A program made the position numbers and the translations under genes. Below, piece by piece: positions 18,135 to 27,406 of a DNA stretch of 64,000 bases. Source of the DNA: an uncultured Campylobacterales bacterium (GTDB lineage Bacteria > Campylobacterota > Campylobacteria > Campylobacterales > Arcobacteraceae); contig CANLWY010000009.1 of NCBI GenBank assembly GCA_947494995.1, positions 15,945-79,944 of the forward strand, given 5' to 3'. The notes under the pieces are model-generated. The model was not told the origin of the DNA. It worked only from the letters and a program-made list of their open reading frames with translations, and ran no database searches. Each line of letters starts with the position of its first letter. Within the stretch, counting starts at the first letter, position 1.

Positions 18135-18256
18135 CACGATATTTAGTAAGAATTAGATAAAATAGCCAACTTTAAAAATGGGATAAAGGGATTTATAAAA
18201 ATAAACCCTTTAAATAGAGATACTTCAAAAAAATTTGGAAAACGCTTTAAAATAAA

Positions 18257-19363
18257 ATGAAAATAGAAACAAAAACAGCAAAATTTACCGAACCTCTTTA
18301 TTTAGAGAGTGGTCGGATTTTAGAAGAGTATGAACTAATATACGAAACATATGGGACTTTGAATGAAGATAAATCAAATGTAATAATCATATGTCATGCC
18401 TTAGCAGGGAACCATCACGTAGCAGGTCGTTATGCTGATGAAGCAAAACCAGGATGGTGGGATAAGTTTATTGGTGATGGGAAAGCAATAGATACTACAA
18501 AATATTTTGTAATCTGTTCAAACAATCTTGGTAGTACTTTTGGCTCAACCAATGCTTTAAGTATTGATCCTTCAACAGGACAAGAGTATAGATTAAAATT
18601 TCCAATTTTAACTATCTCTGATATTGTAAAAGCTCAGATGAAACTTTATAAGAGTTTAGGTATTACAAATGCAAAAGCAGTAATTGGTGGTTCAATGGGT
18701 GGTATGCAAGCCCTTTGTTATTCTATTGAGTTTCCAGATTTTGCTGAACATATTTTTGCATTGGCTACAACTGCATACACAAGACCTTGGGCAATAGCTA
18801 TAAATAAATTGGCAATAGAGTCAATAAGACATGACCCAGCTTTTAAAGATGGACAATATACAAAAGATGATTTACAAGCAAGTGGATTACCTGGACTTGC
18901 TATAGGAAGAATGGCAGGATTAATTGCCTATTTAAGTCCAAGTCTTTTCAATAAAAAGTTTGGAAGAGACTATGCTAGAACAGATGGTTTATATGAACTT
19001 TTTGGTAGGTTTGAAGTTGAGAGATATTTAGAGTATAACGCATACTCTTTTCCTAAAATCTTTGACCCTTTATCATATCTATATATTTGTAAAACTATGA
19101 ATATCTTTGATATCTCAAGACATACAGATAATAAAGAAGAAGCCTTAGAGAAGATAAACTCAAAACTTCATCTAATATCTTTTTCTGATGATATGCTTTT
19201 CTTTCCAGAAGAGATGGAAGAGATAAGAGATATGATGATAAAAATCGGAAAAGAAGACCAAATCACATATAAAATGATAGAGAGTGAGTCAGGACATGAT
19301 TCTTTTCTTGTAGAAGTAGAAAAATTTGATGACTATGTAGTTGATATATTGGAGAATAAATAA
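18257..19363 (+). CDS. metX: homoserine O-acetyltransferase
   Basis: 368 aa. ICHALAGNHH and the nucleophile elbow GGSMGGMQAL are present, followed by a C-terminal GHDSFL. Confidence 0.92.
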   Translation: MKIETKTAKFTEPLYLESGRILEEYELIYETYGTLNEDKSNVIIICHALAGNHHVAGRYADEAKPGWWDKFIGDGKAIDTTKYFVICSNNLGSTFGSTNALSIDPSTGQEYRLKFPILTISDIVKAQMKLYKSLGITNAKAVIGGSMGGMQALCYSIEFPDFAEHIFALATTAYTRPWAIAINKLAIESIRHDPAFKDGQYTKDDLQASGLPGLAIGRMAGLIAYLSPSLFNKKFGRDYARTDGLYELFGRFEVERYLEYNAYSFPKIFDPLSYLYICKTMNIFDISRHTDNKEEALEKINSKLHLISFSDDMLFFPEEMEEIRDMMIKIGKEDQITYKMIESESGHDSFLVEVEKFDDYVVDILENK

Positions 19364-19590
19364 TGAGTGAAGAGATTATAAAAAAAGAGAGCGAAGAACA
19401 ATCATTTGAAGAAAAGATAGAAAAAGCAAAAGAGCTTTTAGAAAAACTTTCAAATCCACAAATCACACTTAGTGATTCTTTGGATCTTTATAAAGATGGA
19501 ATAAAAGAGTTAGATGAAGCCCAAAAACTTCTTGATGAAGCTAAACTAATATTTAAAACAGAAGAGAAACAAGAAAACATACCTTTTTAA
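19363..19590 (+). CDS. xseB: exodeoxyribonuclease VII small subunit
   Basis: 75 aa. FEEKIEKAKELLEKLSNPQITLSDSLDLYKDGIKELDEAQKLL is present, and the ATG overlaps the metX TAA (TAATG). Confidence 0.8.
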   Translation: MSEEIIKKESEEQSFEEKIEKAKELLEKLSNPQITLSDSLDLYKDGIKELDEAQKLLDEAKLIFKTEEKQENIPF

Positions 19591-19667
19591 AAAATATTGC
19601 AAAATGTTATATTTTTAAGCTAAGTTCCTAAAAGCTGCTAAACTTCTCCAAAAAAGTGGAGAGGTTT

Positions 19668-20330
19668 ATGAAATCAATAACCCAACTACAAACTATAGAT
19701 AAACCAAGAGAAAGATTATTTAAATATGGTCTAAGTGCTTTAAAAAACTATGAACTAATAGCCATTCTTCTAGGAAGTGGAGTAAAGGGCAAAGATATTA
19801 TAAAGCTCTCTCGTGAAATAGAGAGTTTTTTTAACTCAAACTTTGAGACTATGGACTTAGAAAAACTTTTAAAAATACATGGACTAGGACGTGCAAAAGC
19901 CTCACAAATCATATGTGCAATAGAACTTAGTCGCAGATACCTAATAGACACTCAAACTTATAAAATATCAAGCTCAAAAGATGTATACGAGGAGTTGAGT
20001 GATTATAAAAATAGACAACAAGAGTATTTTATAGCTTTGTACTTGGATGGAGCAAATCATCTAATAGATAAAAAAGTCATCACAATAGGAACTCTAAATC
20101 AAACTCTTGTACATCCAAGAGAAGTATTTGCCTATGCAATAGAAAAAAGATGTGCCAGTATAATAGTAGCCCATAATCACCCAAGTGGAATATTAAGCCC
20201 TAGTAATGAAGACATAAATGTAACTAAAAGACTAAAAGAGTCTGCAAAAATATTAGGTATAGAACTACTAGACCATATAATCTTTACAAAAGAGGGCTTT
20301 TATAGTTTTCAAGAAGAAGGCTTACTCTGA
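19668..20330 (+). CDS. radC: RadC-family JAB/MPN-domain protein
   Basis: KPRERL, a HhH-like HGLGRAKASQI, and the JAMM motif HNHPSG...PSNEDI. The track ORF starts at GTG 19656. ATG 19668 follows GGAGAGG (19658-19664). Confidence 0.85.
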   Translation: MKSITQLQTIDKPRERLFKYGLSALKNYELIAILLGSGVKGKDIIKLSREIESFFNSNFETMDLEKLLKIHGLGRAKASQIICAIELSRRYLIDTQTYKISSSKDVYEELSDYKNRQQEYFIALYLDGANHLIDKKVITIGTLNQTLVHPREVFAYAIEKRCASIIVAHNHPSGILSPSNEDINVTKRLKESAKILGIELLDHIIFTKEGFYSFQEEGLL

Positions 20331-20408
20331 AAATATCTTTTCTTTTATCCCTTTAACTACTTTACTTTAGTAAAATAATACCCTTATAAATAAAAGGTTT
20401 AATAATAT

Positions 20409-21971
20409 ATGGGTGAAGAAAACAAAAAAAGATTAGAACAACAGCTTTGGAACATAGCAAATGAACTTAGAGGAAAAATGGATGCAGATGATTTTAGAGA
20501 TTATATTCTAGGTTTTATTTTCTATAAGTATCTTTCTGAAAAGATGGAAAACTATGCAAATGCTGAACTAGAAGAAGATAACTTAAGATACACGCAATTA
20601 GATGAAAAAGACTCATACCACCAAGAACTACTAGAAGCTTTAAAAGAGTACTCTATAGAGTCACTTGGATTTTTTCTAAAACCAAATGAACTTTTCTCAC
20701 AAGTAGCCCTTAGAGGAAATAGCGATACAAACAATTTTATTTTAGATGACTTAACAGAAATACTAAGACATATAGAGTCATCAACTATGGGAAGTGAGAG
20801 TGAAGAGGATTTTGAACATCTTTTTTCTGATTTGGATTTAAGCTCACCAAAACTTGGACGAAGTGAAGAGCAGAAAAACACTCTTATCTCAAAAGTACTT
20901 TATCACTTAGACAATATTGACTTTGAACTAAAAAATCACGACAGAGATGTACTAGGTGATGCCTATGAGTATCTAATAGCACAGTTTGCAGCGGGAGCTG
21001 GTAAAAAAGCAGGGGAGTTTTATACTCCTCAACAAGTATCAAAAATCTTAGCTCAAATAGTAACTTTAGGAAAAGATAAATTAAAATCAGTATATGACCC
21101 AACTTGTGGTTCTGGTTCTCTACTTCTTAGAGTTGCAAAAGAGGTAAAAGATGTAGCAGATTTTTATGGACAAGAGAGAAACCCAACTACTTATAACCTT
21201 GCTCGTATGAATATGATTATGCATGATGTTCACTATAGAAAGTTTGATATCAAGCAAGAAGACACCCTAGAACACCCACAACATATAGACAAAAAGTTTG
21301 AAGCAATAGTTGCAAACCCTCCATTTTCAGCCCAATGGTCAGCAAATCCACTTCACCTAAGTGATGATAGATTTTCTCAATACGGAAAACTAGCTCCAAA
21401 AACAAAAGCAGACTTTGCTTTTGTACAGCATATGATACACCACCTTGATGATATGGGAACTATGGCTTTAGTACTTCCCCATGGAGTACTTTTCAGAGGT
21501 GCAGCAGAAGGACACATAAGAAAATACCTAATCGAAGATAGAAACTATTTAGACGCTGTTATAGGTTTACCTGCAAATATCTTTTATGGTACTTCTATTC
21601 CTACTTGTATTTTAGTATTTAAAAAGTGCAGAGAATCAAGTGATGAGGTACTTTTTATAGACTCTTCAAAACATTTTGAGAAAGTAAAAAATCAAAATGT
21701 TTTAAGAGATGAAGATATAGAAAAAATAGTATCTACTTATAAAGGAAGAATTCAAGAAGATAAATACTCTTTCAAAGTAAGTCTAAAACAGATAAAAGAA
21801 AATGACTATAATCTAAATATCCCAAGATATGTAGATACTTTTGAAGAAGAAGAGCCAATAAATATTGATGAGGTAAGCTCTAAGCTAAAACAGCTAGACT
21901 TAGACATGAAAACTACAGATAAAACAATACAAAGCTTTTGTGATGAGCTTGGTATTAAAACACCCTTTTAA
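20409..21971 (+). CDS. hsdM: type I restriction-modification system, DNA methyltransferase subunit
   Basis: 520 aa with the N-terminal HsdM_N pattern LWNIANELRG. GEFYTPQQV, the AdoMet motif DPTCGSGSLL and the catalytic NPPFS are present. Confidence 0.93.
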   Translation: MGEENKKRLEQQLWNIANELRGKMDADDFRDYILGFIFYKYLSEKMENYANAELEEDNLRYTQLDEKDSYHQELLEALKEYSIESLGFFLKPNELFSQVALRGNSDTNNFILDDLTEILRHIESSTMGSESEEDFEHLFSDLDLSSPKLGRSEEQKNTLISKVLYHLDNIDFELKNHDRDVLGDAYEYLIAQFAAGAGKKAGEFYTPQQVSKILAQIVTLGKDKLKSVYDPTCGSGSLLLRVAKEVKDVADFYGQERNPTTYNLARMNMIMHDVHYRKFDIKQEDTLEHPQHIDKKFEAIVANPPFSAQWSANPLHLSDDRFSQYGKLAPKTKADFAFVQHMIHHLDDMGTMALVLPHGVLFRGAAEGHIRKYLIEDRNYLDAVIGLPANIFYGTSIPTCILVFKKCRESSDEVLFIDSSKHFEKVKNQNVLRDEDIEKIVSTYKGRIQEDKYSFKVSLKQIKENDYNLNIPRYVDTFEEEEPINIDEVSSKLKQLDLDMKTTDKTIQSFCDELGIKTPF

Positions 21972-21980
21972 GAGTAAGCT

Positions 21981-23219
21981 ATGAGTAAAAATATGAAAGT
22001 CCCACAGCTTAGATTTAAAGAATTTTCGGGTGAGTGGGAAGAGAAAACTATAAAATCAATGACTTCATTGTTAAAAGATGGTTCACATGGTACACATAAG
22101 GATTTTCCAGAAAGTGATTATTTATTACTTAGTGCAAAAAATATAATAAATGACAAAATAGAAATATATGATAATGATAGAAGAATATCGAAAGAGGATT
22201 ATCATCAAATTTATAAGAATTATTCTTTAAAAAATGGAGATATTATTTTAACAATAGTTGGAACTATTGGACGTACAGCAATTGTGAACAATTTACATAA
22301 GGTTGCATTTCAAAGAAGTGTTGCTTTTTTTAGATTTGATAATTATAATAGTAATTATATATTTCAATTGTTTCATACCAAAAATTTTGTAAATGAATTA
22401 GAAAAAAGAAAAGTAGTATCTGCTCAACCAGGAATATATTTAGGAGATTTATCTAAAATAAAACTAAATATCCCTTCAAAACAAGAGCAAGAAAAAATTG
22501 CCTCTTTTTTATCTTCTCTTGATACAAAAATAGAACAACTAACAAAAAAAGCAAAGTTACTTAGTGAATATAAAAAAGGCACAATGCAAAAGATATTTTC
22601 ACAAGAGATAAGATTCTCCCCCAAGGGGACTTCTTCGCAAGCTCAGGGCGAAGATGAAAATGGAAAAAATTATCCTAATTGGGAAGAGGAAGAACTTGGA
22701 AATTTAATATCAATTATTTCTAAAAAATTCAATCCTAAAACAAATTGTGAAATTAAAAAATGTATTGAACTTGAAAACCTTTCTCAAGGAACTGGACAAT
22801 TACTTGATTATGTTTATTCAAATGAACAAGAAAGTATTAAAAATAGTTTTGAGAAAAGTCAAATATTATTTGGAAAGTTAAGACCTTATTTAAAAAAGTT
22901 TTGGAAAGCAAATTTTGATGGTGTTTGTTCAAGTGAAATTTGGGTTCTTTCAAGTATAAAGGTATTAAATGAGTATCTTTTATATTTAATACAAACTAAA
23001 AAATTTAATGATATTGCAAATGTATCTAGTGGCTCAAAAATGCCAAGATCAGATTGGAAGTATATGTCAGTAATTCCATTTAAATATCCCTCAAAAGAAG
23101 AACAAACAAAAATAGCAAACTTCCTATCCTCAATTGACACAAAAATTGAACAAAACCAAAAAGCCTTAGAAAAAACAAAAGAGTTTAAAAAAGCATTATT
23201 ACAACAGATGTTTGTGTAA
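21981..23219 (+). CDS. hsdS: type I restriction-modification system, specificity subunit
   Basis: 412 aa with two target-recognition halves. Each ends in a conserved helix: EQEKIASFLSSLDTKIEQL... and EQTKIANFLSSIDTKIEQN... Confidence 0.9.
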   Translation: MSKNMKVPQLRFKEFSGEWEEKTIKSMTSLLKDGSHGTHKDFPESDYLLLSAKNIINDKIEIYDNDRRISKEDYHQIYKNYSLKNGDIILTIVGTIGRTAIVNNLHKVAFQRSVAFFRFDNYNSNYIFQLFHTKNFVNELEKRKVVSAQPGIYLGDLSKIKLNIPSKQEQEKIASFLSSLDTKIEQLTKKAKLLSEYKKGTMQKIFSQEIRFSPKGTSSQAQGEDENGKNYPNWEEEELGNLISIISKKFNPKTNCEIKKCIELENLSQGTGQLLDYVYSNEQESIKNSFEKSQILFGKLRPYLKKFWKANFDGVCSSEIWVLSSIKVLNEYLLYLIQTKKFNDIANVSSGSKMPRSDWKYMSVIPFKYPSKEEQTKIANFLSSIDTKIEQNQKALEKTKEFKKALLQQMFV

Positions 23220-23231
23220 ATATAAATATTG

Positions 23232-23240
23232 TGTTATAAT
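23232..23240 (+). promoter_or_regulatory. extended -10 box (TGtTATAAT) in the hsdS-antitoxin gap
   Basis: TG at 23232-23233 and TATAAT at 23235-23240. It is followed by the direct repeat ATTACGgaaaATTACG (23250-23265) and then ATG 23277. Confidence 0.35.
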
Positions 23241-23276
23241 GCTTGAAATATTACGGAAAATTACGAGGGAAATATT

Positions 23277-23558
23277 ATGGTAACATACACAGCAGATGAA
23301 TTAATACCATCATCAGAATTAGCTAAGAAGTTTGGAACTTACCTTTCTCAAATCAAAGACCACTCTGTAGAGAAACTTGCAGTTTTAAAAAACAACAAAG
23401 TCGAAGCAGTACTTATTTCAAAAGATGAGTATGAAGTATTAACAGAAGCATTAAAGCAAGTAGAAGCACAGCAGATTATGACATCTATTCAAAATGGTTT
23501 AGATGATGTAAAAAAAGCTAAAACAAAACCAATAGAAGATTTATGGGATGAACTGTGA
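23277..23558 (+). CDS. Phd/YefM-type antitoxin
   Basis: 93 aa. ...SELAKKFGTYLSQIKDHSVEKLAVLKNNKVEAVLISKDEYEVL matches the Phd/YefM N-terminal fold pattern. Its stop overlaps the toxin start (GTGA). Confidence 0.7.
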   Translation: MVTYTADELIPSSELAKKFGTYLSQIKDHSVEKLAVLKNNKVEAVLISKDEYEVLTEALKQVEAQQIMTSIQNGLDDVKKAKTKPIEDLWDEL

Positions 23559-23881
23559 CTATAGAGTATAGTGACAACTTTTTCAAAGAAGCCAAAAAAC
23601 TATCAAAAAAATACAAGCTTTTAAAGTCAGATTTACAAGAAGCAGTAGAAGAGATAGAAGAGAAAAGAGACTTAGGTGTATCACTAGGCTTTAACCTTTT
23701 TAAAAAAAGAGTTCCAAACTCTTCTATTCCAACTGGTAAAAGTGGAGGTTTTAGAGTTATTATTTATGAGAAAATTGAAGATAAAATAGTTTTAATATCA
23801 ATATATTCAAAAACTCAAAAAGATACTTTAAGTGATGAAGAGTTAAAAGCTATTTTAAAAGAGTATATGGAAACAAAATGA
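23555..23881 (+). CDS. RelE/ParE-superfamily toxin (HigB / PF06296-like)
   Basis: 108 aa. GKSGGFRVIIYEKIEDKIVLISIYSKTQKDTLSDEELKAILKEY is the typical C-terminal signature. The GTG start at 23555 overlaps the antitoxin TGA, and its own TGA overlaps the hsdR ATG. Confidence 0.7.
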   Translation: MTIEYSDNFFKEAKKLSKKYKLLKSDLQEAVEEIEEKRDLGVSLGFNLFKKRVPNSSIPTGKSGGFRVIIYEKIEDKIVLISIYSKTQKDTLSDEELKAILKEYMETK

Positions 23882-26796
23882 GCACCCAAAGCGAAGCAGT
23901 ATTAGAAGAGAAACTTATCAAGCAGTTAGCCTCACAAGGCTTTGAAAATGTTAATATCAAAGATGAAAAAGCCTTAGAAACAAATCTAAAAACACAGTTA
24001 GAAAAACATAATAAAAAAACTTTTAGCAATACTGAATTTAAAAAGATACTAAACCATCTAGGCAAAGGCAATGTCTTTGAAAGAGCCAAGCTTTTAAGAG
24101 ATAAGTTTGTACTACAAAAAGATGATGGAACAAAAGAGTATATAGAGTTTTTAGACCAAGAACACTGGTGTCAAAATCTTTTTCAAGTTACAAATCAAAT
24201 CAGTATAAATGGAACATACAAAAACAGATACGATGTAACACTTCTAATAAATGGACTTCCTTTAGTTCAAATTGAGCTAAAAAGAAGAGGCTTAGAGCTA
24301 AAAGAAGCCTTCAATCAAATCAATCGTTATCAAAAACACTCATATAGTGCAAATCATGGGCTTTTTAATTTTGTACAAATCTTTATTATTAGTAATGGAG
24401 TAAATACCAAGTATTACGCAAATAATAAAAAGCAAACTTTTAAACAAACTTTCTTTTGGGCTAATAGTGAAAATAAAAATATAACAAACCTAGAAGAGTT
24501 TACAACAAACTTTTTAGAAAAATGTCATATTTCTAAAATGATATGTAAGTATATAGTATTAAACCAAACAGATAAAATACTTATGGTTCTAAGACCTTAT
24601 CAGTTTTATGCAGTAGAAGCGATAGTTGATAAAGTGCAAACTTCTGATAAAAACGGATATATCTGGCATACAACAGGAAGTGGTAAAACACTAACTTCAT
24701 TTAAAACTGCTCAAGTTTTGATGAAACTACCAAAAGTAGACAAAGTAGTCTTTGTAGTAGATAGAAAAGATTTAGACTATCAAACAACAAAAGAGTTTAA
24801 CAGCTTTAGCCAAGGAAGTGTTGATGGTACAGATAATACTAAAGCTCTGGTAAAACAGTTTGGTGATGATACAAAACTAATAGTAACAACTATACAAAAA
24901 CTAAACACAGCAATCAAAAAAGTAAGATATAGTGAAACTATGGAAAAACTAAAAGATAAACATATTGTTTTTATCTTTGATGAGTGCCATAGAAGCCAGT
25001 TTGGAGAAACTCACCTAAATATAAATAAATATTTCCAAAACAACCAAATGATTGGGTTTACAGGAACACCAATCTTTAAAGATAATTCAAGTTCAAACAG
25101 ACTAGGAAGAAGAACAACAGCAGACCTTTTTGGAGAAAGACTCCATAGATATGTAATAACAGATGCAATTTCAGATGAAAATGTATTGAAGTTTTCAGTT
25201 GAGTACGTGGGAAGATATAAAGAGAAAAAAGATAGTGCTACATATATAGATATGGAAGTAGAAGATATAGATACAAAAGAGTTACTACAAAGTGATGATA
25301 GAGTAGAAAAAATTGTTGATTATATCTTATCAAATCATGATAGAAAGACACACAGCAAAACATATACAGCTATGATGACAGTAAGTTCTGTAGAGATGCT
25401 TATAAAATATTATGAAGCTTTTAGAGCAAAACAGCACGATCTAAAAATAGCTACTATTTTCTCATATAGTGCAAATGAAGAAGACAAAGATGCAAATGGT
25501 CTATATGAGAGCGATGGCGCACATATAGATGAAATGCATATAAACAAACATAGCCGTGAAAAGCTAGATGAGTATATAGGTGATTATAATAAAATCTTTG
25601 GAACAAAACATAGTACAAAAGATTCTCAAAGCTTTTATAACTACTACAACGACATCTCAAAAACAGTAAAAAGAGGTGAAATAGATATATTACTTGTTGT
25701 AAATATGTTTTTAACAGGATTTGATAGTAAAAAACTAAATACTTTGTATGTGGATAAAAATTTAAAGTATCATGGACTTATACAAGCCTTTTCTAGAACA
25801 AATAGAATACTTGATGATAGAAAATCCCAAGGAAATATTATCTGTTTTAGAAACCTAAAAACTGCAACAGATGATGCTATTGCTATGTTTTCTAAAAAAG
25901 AAGCAAAAGATGAAATACTTATGCAAGCTTACGAAGAGTATGTAATAAAATTCAATGAAGGTTTCACAAAACTTTTAAATATAGCTCCAAGTGTAAGCTC
26001 TGTAGATATGCTTATAGATGAAGATGACAAGTTAGAGTTTATCAAAGCTTTTAGGGAGTTGATAAGATTACTTAATATTCTAAAAGGCTTTAGTGATTTT
26101 AAATGGTCTGATTTATCTATGAGTGAGCAACTTTTTGAGGACTATAAGTCAAAATATCTTGATATGTATGATAGGATAAAAGCAGACAGACAAGAAGGAA
26201 TGGAAAAGGTATCTATTTTAGAAGATGTGGATTTTGAGTTAGAACTTATCCATAAAGATGAGATAAATGTAAGTTATATCTTAAGGTTACTTGCAAGATA
26301 TAAAGATTCAGATGAAGAAGAACAAAAGAAACAAAAAGAAAATATTTTAAATATCCTTAGTAATAACCCACAGTTAAGAAGTAAAAAAGAGCTTATTGAA
26401 AAATTTATCAATGAAAATCTTATGAGCATAAATGAAGACAATATAGAAGATGAGTTTGAAAAGTATTGGGAAGAACAAAAAGATAGTGCTTATGAAAAAC
26501 TATGTAAAGAAGAAGACTTAAATTGCAAAGAGGTAAGAAAACTAGTAGATAAATATATCTATGAACAAAAACTACCTCTAAAAGATGATATAGCTCAAAC
26601 CTTGAAGTTCAAACCTAAGCTTTTAGAGAAAAAAAGAATTATTCCAAGAGTCCTAGATAAAATAGTTAGTTTTGTTGATGTCTTTTATGATGATGTAGAT
26701 ATTGTAACAACTATGCCTAAAGAGGAGCTACTTTTTCCAAATGTCTATGAAGAAGAGTTATTAGTAGCTAGTCCAAAACCAGTATATAATTCTTAA
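23878..26796 (+). CDS. hsdR: type I restriction endonuclease, R subunit
   Basis: 972 aa with an N-terminal nuclease region (RYDVTLLINGLPLVQIELKR). The helicase motifs are HTTGSGKT, DECHRS, GFTGTP and FLTGFDS...QAFSRTNR. Confidence 0.93.
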   Translation: MSTQSEAVLEEKLIKQLASQGFENVNIKDEKALETNLKTQLEKHNKKTFSNTEFKKILNHLGKGNVFERAKLLRDKFVLQKDDGTKEYIEFLDQEHWCQNLFQVTNQISINGTYKNRYDVTLLINGLPLVQIELKRRGLELKEAFNQINRYQKHSYSANHGLFNFVQIFIISNGVNTKYYANNKKQTFKQTFFWANSENKNITNLEEFTTNFLEKCHISKMICKYIVLNQTDKILMVLRPYQFYAVEAIVDKVQTSDKNGYIWHTTGSGKTLTSFKTAQVLMKLPKVDKVVFVVDRKDLDYQTTKEFNSFSQGSVDGTDNTKALVKQFGDDTKLIVTTIQKLNTAIKKVRYSETMEKLKDKHIVFIFDECHRSQFGETHLNINKYFQNNQMIGFTGTPIFKDNSSSNRLGRRTTADLFGERLHRYVITDAISDENVLKFSVEYVGRYKEKKDSATYIDMEVEDIDTKELLQSDDRVEKIVDYILSNHDRKTHSKTYTAMMTVSSVEMLIKYYEAFRAKQHDLKIATIFSYSANEEDKDANGLYESDGAHIDEMHINKHSREKLDEYIGDYNKIFGTKHSTKDSQSFYNYYNDISKTVKRGEIDILLVVNMFLTGFDSKKLNTLYVDKNLKYHGLIQAFSRTNRILDDRKSQGNIICFRNLKTATDDAIAMFSKKEAKDEILMQAYEEYVIKFNEGFTKLLNIAPSVSSVDMLIDEDDKLEFIKAFRELIRLLNILKGFSDFKWSDLSMSEQLFEDYKSKYLDMYDRIKADRQEGMEKVSILEDVDFELELIHKDEINVSYILRLLARYKDSDEEEQKKQKENILNILSNNPQLRSKKELIEKFINENLMSINEDNIEDEFEKYWEEQKDSAYEKLCKEEDLNCKEVRKLVDKYIYEQKLPLKDDIAQTLKFKPKLLEKKRIIPRVLDKIVSFVDVFYDDVDIVTTMPKEELLFPNVYEEELLVASPKPVYNS

Positions 26797-27293
26797 ATAG
26801 TTTCGTTAAACTCTTTTATCTCTTTTAGTTTATTAATAAAGTTATTAAGTAAAGGTTTTGGTGCATATTGTAGCAAAGAGATAAGCTCTTCTTCGAGTTT
26901 TTCTTTTTTATTATATGTACTTGTAGGTTCTTTAATAATTATACTTTCAGAGTATTTTAGATTGAATTTATTTTTAATAATTTCAATCTCTTCAGGAGTA
27001 GAAGTTTTAAGAATATTTTGAAAAAATCTTTTTCTACTTCTTTCATCATTTGTAAATAGTTCTTGTTCTGTGATTTGTAAAACTTCTGCAATATAAGGGA
27101 TAAGTTCTATTTTGATTGAGATTGAGCCATTTAGATATTTGTATATAGTTTTTTCACTAGGTATTTCTCCTGTACTATTTAATCTTGGTTCTAAGTCTCT
27201 TAATCTTTTTGCAAATTCTCTTTTTGTTAAATTATTTTCTTTTATTAAACTGTTTATTCTTTCAAATATTTCCATCAAGTCCCTTATTGCCAT
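26793..27293 (-). CDS. XRE-family HTH protein with an unassigned C-terminal half
   Basis: 166 aa. LTKREFAKRLRDLEP...SEKTIYKYLNGSISIKIELIPYIAEVLQITEQELF is an XRE-like HTH. Its stop codon overlaps the hsdR stop (convergent). Confidence 0.6.
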   Translation of the reverse strand: MAIRDLMEIFERINSLIKENNLTKREFAKRLRDLEPRLNSTGEIPSEKTIYKYLNGSISIKIELIPYIAEVLQITEQELFTNDERSRKRFFQNILKTSTPEEIEIIKNKFNLKYSESIIIKEPTSTYNKKEKLEEELISLLQYAPKPLLNNFINKLKEIKEFNETI

Positions 27294-27406
27294 AATTGTA
27301 TATAAAAATATTATTTCATTAATAGAATTTTAATTCTCCAGATTGTAGAATTAAATAGTTCTTTATTAATTTATTTAGAATATAAAAAATTTAAAGGTAA
27401 AAAATC

